Assembly (NCBI GenBank): GCA_010909165.1
Contig: MU008151.1
Location: 310,001 to 374,000 of the forward strand
Length of the DNA stretch: 64,000 nt
Source of the DNA: Anthoceros angustus
Taxonomy: Eukaryota; Plantae; Anthocerotophyta
Direction: 5' to 3'
The position numbers were made by a program, and so were the translations under genes. Numbering within the stretch: the first letter of the stretch is position 1; every line of letters begins with the position of its first letter. The notes below the pieces were generated by a model. The model was not told the DNA's origin. It saw only the letters and a program-made list of their open reading frames with translations, and searched no databases. Shown piece after piece: positions 13,140 to 23,600 of the stretch.

Positions 13140-13345
13140 CGCGGTGCGCGCACTTGTGCGCGCCGCGCGCAGCGCGCACAAGCTCGCGCATTCACAAACG
13201 TAGCGCGGAAGGAAATGGGGTGCGCGCACTTGTGCGCGCACTTGTGCGCGCGCGCCGCGCCCCGCGGGTGGGCTCTCGCGCGCGGCGTGCGCGCATGCGC
13301 GCAGCGGTGGCGTGCGCGCCGCGCGCGCGCGTCGTCCATGCGGCG
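13140..13345. repeat. Second GCGCGCAC palindromic array, within the predicted transposase intron
   Basis: gtgcgcgcacttgtgcgcgc units lie between the donor AAG|GTATTT (~13059) and the acceptor ttgtctgtag (13435). Confidence 0.85.
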
Positions 13346-16184
13346 GGTCGGTCCATGCGGCGTTGAAGGCATCGGGTCCATGCGGCGTCGCAGACCAAGG
13401 ACAACGTTCGACCAAGTGATCCATTTTGTCTGTAGGTCCATGAAAGATCTTCGTCAACATCGGTCGGCGATCAAGGAGCGACTAAAACTTGCAAAACATC
13501 GTTTGAAGTGTAAAGGCCAGCCGAGCAAATACATTGGTATGGCGATAGGCAGGATGGACCAAAGCAAGACGGAGCTCCACATTTCTGCCCCTCAAAGGAT
13601 TTTGCGGATGGTCTCATCCGGGTCCATGTTGTGGGTTGTTTGGTATACAACAACATTATGAAGACCGGTGTATGTGAACTTCCGAATATTCGAAGACGCC
13701 AACTTAACTATTCATATCATCCGGGATGTTATTCTCACATATGAGATGGTTACGCGAAGGCGTTTTACTTGCTGGACAACACGGCGGAGAAAACAAGAAT
13801 ATGTTGTTGTTTGCATACTTGAGTATGCTTGTCGAAGCGGGTCTTGATAAGGTGAAGGTGGGCTTCCTTCTTGTCGGGCACACACATGATGCGATTGACC
13901 AAATGTTCTCGTGCTTTTCTAAAAGCCTCGAGCACAAAAAGCAATGTCACTCGAAACCCTTATGAGTTTGATTCATCGGCTTATACACCCAATCCGAAGT
14001 GAAAATGGTTTAGGTGGCCGATTTGGGAGCTTTCGGCCCAATGGGATGGGTAAAGAGGACACGAGATGCGATGAAGGCACAATCATAGTTATCGACATCA
14101 ATTCAAAATTTCAAGGGAAGAAGAATGGCGGAGCCATATGATTCTTCGTGGCAAGGCACTTTCTACTTGTTCACATTGGGAACCGTTGGAGGTTTGGAGT
14201 TCCTTGAGAATACAGAAAGCAGATATAAGGGGCGCCTTTATGTCCACTTCAATGCATGGCAAACCAGACGCACCTCATTGGCCATTAGGAAAGCCCTCGA
14301 AGAACCGATGCAAAAATATCTATCTGGAAGACAAAGTATGGTGGAACTCGTTACGGGCATCACGATCGATATTTGCGACAAAATCGGAGGAGGAGTCCAT
14401 CGAGATCTTCAAAAGCATGGGAGTGGTACAACGAGGGCGGTGGCGGAACTTAAATCCCATCGACGTTCCAGATGTCTTTGTCATTCCGGCTCCAGTTCCG
14501 CGAACCCTGCAACCGCGTCACATGTATGTCGGGAATTTTAGGCCACCGGGAGCCGCAGCCATCGAGTTGGCGAGATTCGATGGGGATGTGTCCGAGATCA
14601 GACGAGGCCATATGATTGCAGTCCCATGTGAGACAGACGATCAGAACAGGCCTTTCTGGATTGCAGAAGTCGAAGACTTGGATTTCTTATGTGACGAACC
14701 TTACCTAGTTGTCCAGTGGTGGGTGACAGAGAATAGCAATGCGTTTGAGGGAAGGTACCTACCAGAGGAGATATTGGCTCCACACAGATGATAGAGAGGG
14801 TTTGCGACAACGGAGGCGACCCAAGCACTGGATCGATTATTGATATCGGAGACATTTATTTTGGCATACGGGTTCTCGTTTGCAAGGGATAGCACTCTAC
14901 AAGTCCGTCAGGAGCTTATCAAGACAAAGCTATTCGAACTTCAACATCTACCGTGGAAGAAGGTATGAGGTTGAAGATAACATGAGACCACCAAGTTCGG
15001 AGGAGATGCATTGGAGGAAAATGATGATTTGGACGAAAATCGCGAAATAAGTGGTGTAGTTAAGCGCCGGTGATGAGACATCCGACTTCGATTCGGCACC
15101 AATCGCGACAAGAACCAGCGGCGAGCAGCGGAACCGGGAATGACTGGCTTTTGAAGGCATGTTTGATGATGATCCGGCACAAGGTCACCGTCGAAGGCGG
15201 AAACACCGTAGAGGATAGAAAGGTGATAGGGTATTCTTTGTACCTTTAGGGCATAGGGTAGATAGATGAGACTTGTCTATGTGGACGTCCGATTTGTGCA
15301 ACTTCTTATGTCGGGCTTCCGCCACATCCAGACCTCCAAGAAGACATATTTCCTCACCGAATGATATATTTCACTAGTTTTGCCTTGTGCGCGCACAAGT
15401 TTGCATACCCTTGTTTAGGCGCGCACTTATGCGCCTAGCCCCACTTGGTATACAAAACATATAGAACCACACAAATTGAAGAAACTACTGACATGCCGAA
15501 ATTATGGAAGAATTCGGTCACAGCCCCTTCATCACACCGACAAAGTATCCATGCACACGAGTGCAAGGCGCCATCGGGGTGGAAATGACCGGACAGGAAG
15601 TGGTCCCGGAGCCGAGAATGCCCGAATCCGATGGATCAACACCTACAAAACTTAACAAAAACCAGCCCAACTTCGGTTTTTTTGCGGAATAGGGTTGGGA
15701 TTTTTTCCAAAACCCCTTTTGACAGGAGAAACCCCTTTCAGAACAGACGCTGTTCACTGCCCCTCCGGCTCACGGCTAGGGTGAGGGCGCCGGAAATTGC
15801 TGCTCCTCTTGCCTGGAATTACTGGCCATATCCAGATTTCCTTGAGCCTACAATAGACAGACACGCATCGAGATGGCTTCAATGCGGCGGAGGGAGGCCT
15901 TCAATGCTCGTGTAATTTTGTTGAATTCCAGCCTGTCGATGGAATTCACAGCATCATGTTGCCTCGCAGGTGTAATTGGTGGGGGCCGTAGGTCCAAGCT
16001 TGCTTGCATGTCCAGATCAGGGTGCCGGCGGTGGTAGAAATTGTGAAGAAATCTGTCGCCGCGCGCCTGAGGTGGTGGGCCTGAACGCACGATGGAGCCT
16101 CACGGCAGCCGGTGCACAAGGCTATTGTAGGCTCGTGGGTCATTCTCCGTCGAGGCAGCCATGTGCCTTGGTTTGCATGCCACG

Positions 16185-16289
16185 GCAGCTCTCCATATTG
16201 AGAACTTCTACAATGGGACGCAGCTCTCCATATTGAGAACTTCTACAATGGGACGCAGCTCTCCATATTGAGAACTTCTACAATGGGAC
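16185..16289. repeat. 35-bp tandem repeat, 3 copies
   Basis: gcagctctccatattgagaacttctacaatgggac three times with no spacers. Confidence 0.95.
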
Positions 16290-16404
16290 GACTCTGGAGG
16301 ATCATTGCATGATGTAGACTCTGATACCATATTAAAATCCTAGCAGTAGGATTGTGCATCTCTTGTATTAGTCTAGATTATCGAGATGCTATCCTCACGA
16401 ACAT

Positions 16405-17078
16405 GCGAGCAAGGCGGGGGAAGTGGAGGAGCAGCTGGAGGAGTTGCAGCTGGAGGAGTTGCAGCAGCGCAGCGGGCGGCGCGTGCGGGTGGTGACGAGA
16501 ACCGAGCCTACCCCGGCCACGTCGGGGCAGACGCTGCGGAGCCTGTGGAGTCCAGACGAGCGCACCATCGTGGTGATCGAGGACCTGACGTTAACAACCT
16601 CAACTTGAACGTGGGACCTGCTGTGAACTCCCTGCTGCCTAGCCAGTTCTTCGTCGAGCTGCAATCCCGCTACGGCAACCAGTTCTTCGTGGCGCAGGAA
16701 GGCGAGTCCGCGGCTCTTCTGGCCACTCTGGCCGCGCTCAACGACTGTCTGCTGCGCCCCGCCGGCTGCCGCTCTGTGCCGGGCCTCACCGACGACCTCT
16801 ACTTCCTCACGCTCGCCACCTCCATCTTCGCCGGCTGCGTGTTCGGGTTCGCCGCCAGGATCCCGCCCTCGGGCCGCATCGGGGCGTCCTGGCAGTGGAT
16901 ACTGGTGCCCGCACCCCTCTGGCTGCTGCTGCTTGGCTCCTTCGGCAGCCTGCCGATTGTGGGGAGAACTGCAGAGGTGGAGCCCTTGGTGAAGAATCTG
17001 GCGGCGTTCCTGGCTGCTGCCTGCGCCCTGTACTGGACTCTCATTCTGGGCACGCCTCCCCGAGGCGATCAGTCCTAG
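16405..17078 (+). pseudogene. 5'-truncated duplicate of the TPM-domain gene at 55826
   Basis: Near-identical to 56078-56738. Lacks the transit peptide, has a 12-bp duplication (gagttgcagctg) and a frameshift near 16590. Confidence 0.9.
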
Positions 17079-17759
17079 TCTCCTCCAGGAGTGGAGGAAG
17101 GGTGCATTGTGAATTCTTCTGTACACCAGCTGTCTTGTGTTGCTACGTCCTCATCGTTCGAGAAGACCAGCTTCTGTAGTCAATCGTAAGGTCAGATACA
17201 CACTCACATCCCAGTGGATGCGATTTGAAGAAAGCTCATGGAAGGCCTCCCAAGATGATGAGATGGAAGCCTGGGTCGCACGGAATGGAGTTCTGCAATC
17301 CTACGCAGGCGGCAGTGTGAGAACCAGCTCAATGAAAACAGCCATGACAGTTGATATCGGTTTAATGCGGTCATTAAGGACCGCTCCGCATCCCCAGAAG
17401 AGCAGCAGCAACACACCGGCAGCAACAGCAACCTTGGGCATCACGAGAATGTGCTTAGGGTTTCGAGGTCTGGGCATCTGCAGCAGCTGAGCAGTATGCA
17501 ACTCAGCTCTTGGACTGGCTTTTGAGATCCAGAGACGTTGATGCAAGATCTACTAGGATGGAATTCGGTGCTTGCCGGTTGCAAGTGGAGCAACCAACGC
17601 ATGCATAACTTTTTGGGCACTGGCTATGTGCTCGGATCAATTGGGCAGTGAAGGACATTGCTGAAATAGTATGTCATTTCCAAAGTTGAACTTTCTGGTT
17701 GCATTAGAGATGATTAACTGGAGGAGAGACGGAGAAGGAGAAGGAGAAGGAAGCTGAAT

Positions 17760-19131
17760 TTGGTGAAGGTTCACCATCGCTGCGTAAATGGAATAGCGCA
17801 CCAGGAGGAGGCGCCCATGACGTTCTCTGATGCTTCTGATCTGGATGCGTTGCTGGATGCTGAAAGCAGCGACGAGGATGACAGTGATGAAATGGAGGTA
17901 CAGGCCTCCACAGGCGGATCGATGATATCTTCAAGGATTTTGACGAATTCGGGCTGGATGAGGTAGGTTCCGAGGTCTGAGCCGCAGCAGGAGTCTGCAG
18001 GAGGCCACGCCACGCGGCACGGGCGGGAGAACGTGGATGTGGACCAATTCGAGGAGACTGAGGGTGGTCCTGCTGTTGCCAGCCAGCCTTGCCTGCAGGA
18101 GGGCCGGTTTTGGAGGAGGATTTACGACACGCAGACACTTCAGAGCCGTGCAGTTTGGATTCCCAGGATGAGGGTGACGATGTGAGGAACACTGTCGTTG
18201 CTGATACCTGGGAGGTGGAGGACCAGGGTGTCAGGGAATTCCGTATCACCACATCCCTTGCCGCTTATCTGTCGAAAACCCGGCGTGCAGCCTCCAGTTT
18301 GCCACATTCTGCACACATGTCCACCAGGCTGGTGCCCAATTACTACGCGTTACCAGCTGTCCTTTTTGAGTGCAGCTCACTGCCTTTCTTTAAGGCACCA
18401 GTGCTTCCACACGTAACATGGTCAGCCAGAATGAGGCGCTCCTGCTCCATTTGTCCATACAGAACAAGCGTCTCATGTCCGAGCCCTTGCTGGGCATTCC
18501 CAGCTATCAGGGCAGTGCATGTCACCACATGTTTGGTGTTCATGCTGTCAAAAACCTGGCAAGCAACTTTCAGTTTACTACATTTCAGGCAGTGTCGTCC
18601 AGGATGCCCAGCTGCTGGAGTGGGCTGATGACAGAGAGGATGGAGTGGGCGCCGATTCCCTGTACGTGGGTGCTCTGTCTGACGTTCAGAGCTCTGCGTC
18701 TGGCATCTCCCAATCCAGCTCAGAGGCCCTAGGCAGGGAAGATGGTGGGATGCCGGAGGATATGCTTCAGAGTACGAGCACCAACTTGTTTGAGGGAGAC
18801 AGAAAGCGGGAGCGAGCTTTGTCGGCGGTGGGAGGTAAGGAATACTTTCTCAAGTCAGGGGCCTCCAAGTGACCACTTGGAGGCCAGGGTGTTTGCAGCA
18901 GCTGCAGCTGCAGCTGCCTCTCGGTTATTTAGGAGTAGAATGATTGCTGACTTGGAGAAGTCTAGCAGCTCACATCTCTCTTCAGCTCATACGCCTGAGG
19001 ACGACTCTACCTTTGGTGATCCCTCCACATCAGTCCACAACCACGACCTTGTTGAGGGCGACTCATTATTCCAGTCCCTAGGACATCCAGACCTGACTGA
19101 CAGCTCGGGAGTAGCTCAATCTTTGTCTTCG
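17760..19131 (+). pseudogene. Partial duplicate of VPS8 exon 1, interrupted by a PPR fragment
   Basis: Colinear with 57475-58616. ATG has become GTG and there is a premature stop at ~18870. Positions 18228-18585 are replaced by unrelated sequence. Confidence 0.9.
18343..18560 (-). pseudogene. PPR (PLS-class) fragment
   Basis: VVTCTALIAGNAQQGLGHETLVLYGQMEQE..ADHVT..GALKKGSELH. Confidence 0.75.
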
Positions 19132-19139
19132 CATACACC

Positions 19140-19560
19140 TTTGGCTTGTCGCCCTTATGTTTTATCATTAATGCTTGTCGAGGCACGGACAACCGTCAAC
19201 CTAAGACGTCGAAGAGAAGCCATCTCGTCAGCAGGAGAGCTGGGAGGTTCGACCCCTGCTTTCTGTGAGTGACTGTCTCGTCGTTGTTTCAACCAGTCAT
19301 GGGAGAACTATGTTTCAGAGATGCCGAGAAAGGCACAAAATTTATCCTCGCTTTGGTGGAAGCCATCATTGAGGGCTCTCCAACCGAAGAGATGTCAGGA
19401 AGGCATGGTTGTACCCGATTCCGTGACTTTTGTGTGCCTCTTGCTGGCATGTGAAAATGTGGCATCCTTGGGTGTGGGAAGACAGCCACACAGGCAGATT
19501 GTATGACAGGGACTCCAAGCCAATGTGTTTGTAGCTGGCAGTTTGACCAAGCTATGTGCA
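19140..19560 (+). pseudogene. PPR fragment; further copies at ~22060-22400 and ~30375-30700
   Basis: QEGMVVPDSVTFVCLLLACENVASLGVGRQ.HRQIV.Q.LQA.VFVAGSLIHM.GK..AQQVFDALPERD. Confidence 0.85.
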
Positions 19561-20639
19561 AGAACGACGGACCACGTCAAACCTATACCCGCCTTTTTGT
19601 CCCAATGTACGTCATCTCTGCAGGCCAATTCCATCATCCACAAGCACCACGCACATGACGATTGATTTTTTTGTGGTGTGGAGGCATTCTCCTTACTAAA
19701 CATATTGCCTCATCCACTCGTCATGCGCGGCCCAGGAGTGCTTTCTGTGGGAACTATGCCGTCGAGTCTGCTCATTGCCTCAAAGGCTCCGCCCCTCATG
19801 CACCAGTCCTGCGACAGCAGACAGTCAGTACACTGAGGAATGCGATACCGTCTGGTTGCAAGCCATCCTGTTTCTCTGGACCAACTCAAAGTCCACTTTA
19901 CTGTCTCCTTCATGGCGGGTGTAGCCTGCAATCAGTGCATCCAGATGACGGATGCCTCTTAAGGCAATGTCTCTTGCTAGCCGAGTGAGCCAGAGGACAT
20001 TTAAGAGGTGGCCAAAGAACAATGGCCTGGTGTTCCACAAATGAAATAATAAGGCCCAGGCTGAGTAAGAGTAATGGCCGTCTTTCCACTACCATGTACT
20101 GCAATTGGGTTGTTGCTGTTGCAAGTGTCGTAGTCCGCTTGTGAGCTTACTTGCACCACATTATGGATGGCTACCGCATGTGTGAATACTGTAGGCAGAT
20201 GAGATCGGGCAGTTTAATGATGAGAAGCAACAATAGGGAGGTGATGTGAAATAGAGTTGGGAAGGTTGGAACACCTACATAGTGTATCTCCTACACGGTA
20301 TTTATGCTCGAGGCCCAAGAGGTGTAGTTCACATTAGCGAGACTCGGCAAGGTTCAACCAGCCTCATCACCCACTTCAAACTGTGTTTGCGCAAATACAC
20401 CATGCACAAGCACAATGTTGATTGCAAGCAAGAGGCCCAGTTCTACACAAAGCTGGCGCTTCATGTCCATGTTGGGCAGTTGGCAGAGATCACAGCTATT
20501 AGCTCGATAACACAAACTTTCTGGGTTTGCCGCTAGCTGGGAAGTGGAATCTCACGGAGATGAGCTCACAAAACTGCTGAACTGACCATCGACTTGCCAC
20601 TTTATGTCAAAAGAAACGCAGCATGGCGGTTAGAGATAG

Positions 20640-23600
20640 GCTCCTCAACTACCGTTTACAACGACCAGTTCATGGTGTGAGGACAGCACCCACCACCCAC
20701 ATCTGTAACTCAGACCTAGTAGTCATGCCTCAACCGTTGTCGAGGAAAGGTCATGTAGGAAGCAGCGAAAGGAAAGACTGTTTGCCTGCAAGAGGAAGCC
20801 ACCAGATGAGTTCCGTTTAGAGTGCATGTAGGCATGGAGCGAGGTCCAAGACTTCTCGAGCAGGGCCTGGACTTTTCGGTGAAACAGACAGTAAAGGAGC
20901 TTGACAGAAAGAGAATTGAAATAGGTGCAAGCAACAATTTACAAGCTGCCTACGTCTAACTGTGCAAGCGCCTTACTACGGAAGTGATTGAAATGTGTGT
21001 TTGACAGAAATGTTGACTGTCAAAAGACTGTGCTGTCTCTGCCTACTACAACACAGCCTGGTTCAATGGCTGCAAAATATTAAATCGCTTCGACAGTGTG
21101 CACCATCTGCCTTGAGCTTAAGCCAACAGAGGAGCCCCTCATCTGGCACCGCCCTTATTTCTTTGCATAGTAGTGCTGCTTCTCGTTGGTCAGAGATGAA
21201 AGAGATTGGACACACAATTGTCAAAAACAATTCATCAATGGCATCACCTGCCTTTGGACGAGGAACAGGCACGTTATCAGTAGGAAAATGGTCACATCCA
21301 GGGACACAGTCGAGGCTAGCCAAAATCCAGGGCGCTTTGCCTACCATTTCATCCCTGCATTAGGACCAGGATGGCAACCAGGTGAAACACACCTTCCTTC
21401 CTCACCTTCGAAGAAAGCAAAATCTCCAGTTAGTTGGATATCGGAGATGGCCGTGAGCGATTTTCCGCGTTGTCTAGTGTCATAGAGACATGAAGGCAAG
21501 GGGCCTCAGACGCCATTCCAGTGACGACATCCTTTCCCAGCTTTGGCCGGTCGGGAAGATGGAACACATACATCCTAACAGTGTGCAAAAGATCTAGAAA
21601 TCATTCAAGCAGAGGACCGAAAATCTGGACTTGCTTCTTGAAAACGAAAGCTCAAGCACCTACAGCCCTGCAACTCACACGTTCTTTCCTTCCTACCTCC
21701 ACGAGCTAACACCTGTTCATCCACCCAAGAAGGCTGTGAGACGTTGCTCTTGCCAATATGCATGCAAGACTAGACTTCAGGAATGAGCAGAAAAGGAGAA
21801 ATGCAAAGACCCTACCAAATGCAAATTGCTCCACCAACACTGTCTCGCTGGAAACGATACCTGGCAGTTGATTGAAGGCATCATACAGGTTGGTTACTTA
21901 TGGTAGAACATGGCCACAACCACTGATGGGTCTATCACTGGACACAGTTTTGCGGCAGACAAGCCAATGGTGTTTTGTTTTATCATTAATGCTTGTCGAG
22001 GCACCGACACCTGTCAAGGGCTAAGACGTCGAAGAGACGACGTCTTAGAGAAGCAATCTCGTCAGCAAGAGAGCTGGGAAGGTTCGACCCCTGCTTTCTG
22101 TGAGTGACTGTCTCGTCGTTTTCTCAACCAGTCATGGGAGAACTATGTTTCAGAGATGCCGAGAAAGGCACAAAATTTATCTTCGCTTTGGTGGATGCCA
22201 TCGTTGAGGGCTCTCCAACCGAAGAGATGTCAGGAAGGCATGGTTGTACCCGATTCCGTGACTGTTGTGTGCCTCTTGCTGGCATGTGAAAATGTGGCAT
22301 CCTTGGGTGTGGGAAGACAGCTACACAGGCAGACTGTAGGACAGCGGCTCCAAGCTGATGTGTTTGTAGCTGGCAGTTTGATTCACATGTGTGGGAAGTA
22401 ATATGCAAATACAGTAATCTGCAAACACTGAATACAGTAATCTGCAAACAAGCCAAAGGTGGTTTATCATTAATGCTTGTCACAAGGGGGAAGCCAAGGG
22501 CCCAAACGTTGAGGGAGGCCAAGTCGTCAGCAAGAGGGCTGGGGAGGTTCGACCCCTGCATTCTGTCAGCGATTGTCTCGAGGTTCTCGAACAGAAGGAT
22601 GTCAGGAAGGCATGGTTGTACCCAATTCCGTGACATTTGTGTGCCACTTTTACACAAAACCGTTCATCGTCTTCACGACGGGGTAGACTGCCCAAATCAT
22701 TCCGGGCCAGGCAGTCCAGCAGCCGCCGCCGCCGATCCGGCAGATCCCGCCAGTCCTTCGCCTCGTCCGCCATGCTACACTGTGCTTCTCAGAGACGCGA
22801 GGCAACAGGTGGTTTCTGTGGCGAACGCGTCCACGCCCCGAACGGGATAAGACTGGCTTCGCACCGGACTTCCTCCATCCAGTCTCTGTTCAGTTCCTGG
22901 AATCCCTGCAGGCAAAGGGATAGACCAAGTCAGGAAAAGGACAGTGGTCACCTCGACTCAAGGCAGCAAATCAGGTGCTAGGTGATGCCGTGTCCTGAAC
23001 CTAATGCAGTACATACTTTACCCTAAGAAAGCTTGGTTTCCACTTCGGAGAAACTGAGGACTTAAGGTGGACGTCATCATCCTCAACCCGCCTGTTGCAG
23101 CCAGGTGAGGAGCAAGCCGATGCGGTGCAGTTGCTCACAAGACGTGCACCAAGGTAGCGTATGCTAATCCGAATCGGAACCTTGACAACCTGGCTGCAAC
23201 CACCTGCAACACCCTAATCCACACTGGCATATGCCTCACCATCTCATGCAGAATCCACCATTCCTGCAGCTTGCAAGCAGGTATACAGCAGGGCACGATG
23301 TCGTTACTGGCCATTCATGCATGCTGATGAGACTGGAAGATCCTCCCAGCTCTGCCCTAGCTGGGAATCATACCTCTTCGTCATTCAGTGAATTGTGAGC
23401 TGTGAGTGCAGAGTCTCGGAGTTCACACGCCCTTCGAGTGCAGAGTTTTTGTGCAACGAAGGCTCGGTGTCATCTGAGTCCGTCGCCTCACACCCAACTC
23501 CACTCTGCTTGTCAGGCAAGTCAAAATCCGAAAGTGGTGCTTGCTCCTGGGGTCCCTAACTCAGACTCTCAGCTTTACATCCATTGTGCTAAGTGCGGCA

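Larger units (their letters stand above)
11590..15150 (+). pseudogene. Sola-like DDD transposase, frameshifted, with one GC-rich intron (~13059-13435)
   Basis: Motifs in order: CIAWMEKF..MPN (~12790), LWKKHFPKVKIPKCSRF..C (12947-13015), ERLKLAKHR..PSKYIGMAIGRMDQSKT (13476-13571), DANLTIHII (~13695), LLDNT/GENKNM (~13768-13803), VKVGFLLVGHTHDAIDQMFS (13852-13911), and C-terminal RPFWIAEV..VVQWW (14648-14722). Start and end are approximate. Confidence 0.8.
5623..15764. mobile_element. Large DNA transposon: Sola-like transposase plus divergent cargo gene(s); boundaries approximate
   Basis: Transposase on + (11.6-15.1 kb) and ParB-like/MTase gene on - (8.4-6.0 kb). The GCGCGCAC motif is shared at 6731, 8504-8885, 13140-13345 and 15387-15437. 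The candidate right end is ...cactgcccCTC at ~15764. The left end is obscured by the N at 5622, and no TIR pair or TSD is demonstrated. Confidence 0.65.

Noticed and set aside
16185-16289. 35-bp direct repeats as a CRISPR array
   Set aside because: The repeats are head-to-tail with no spacers, there are no cas genes, and the context is eukaryotic.
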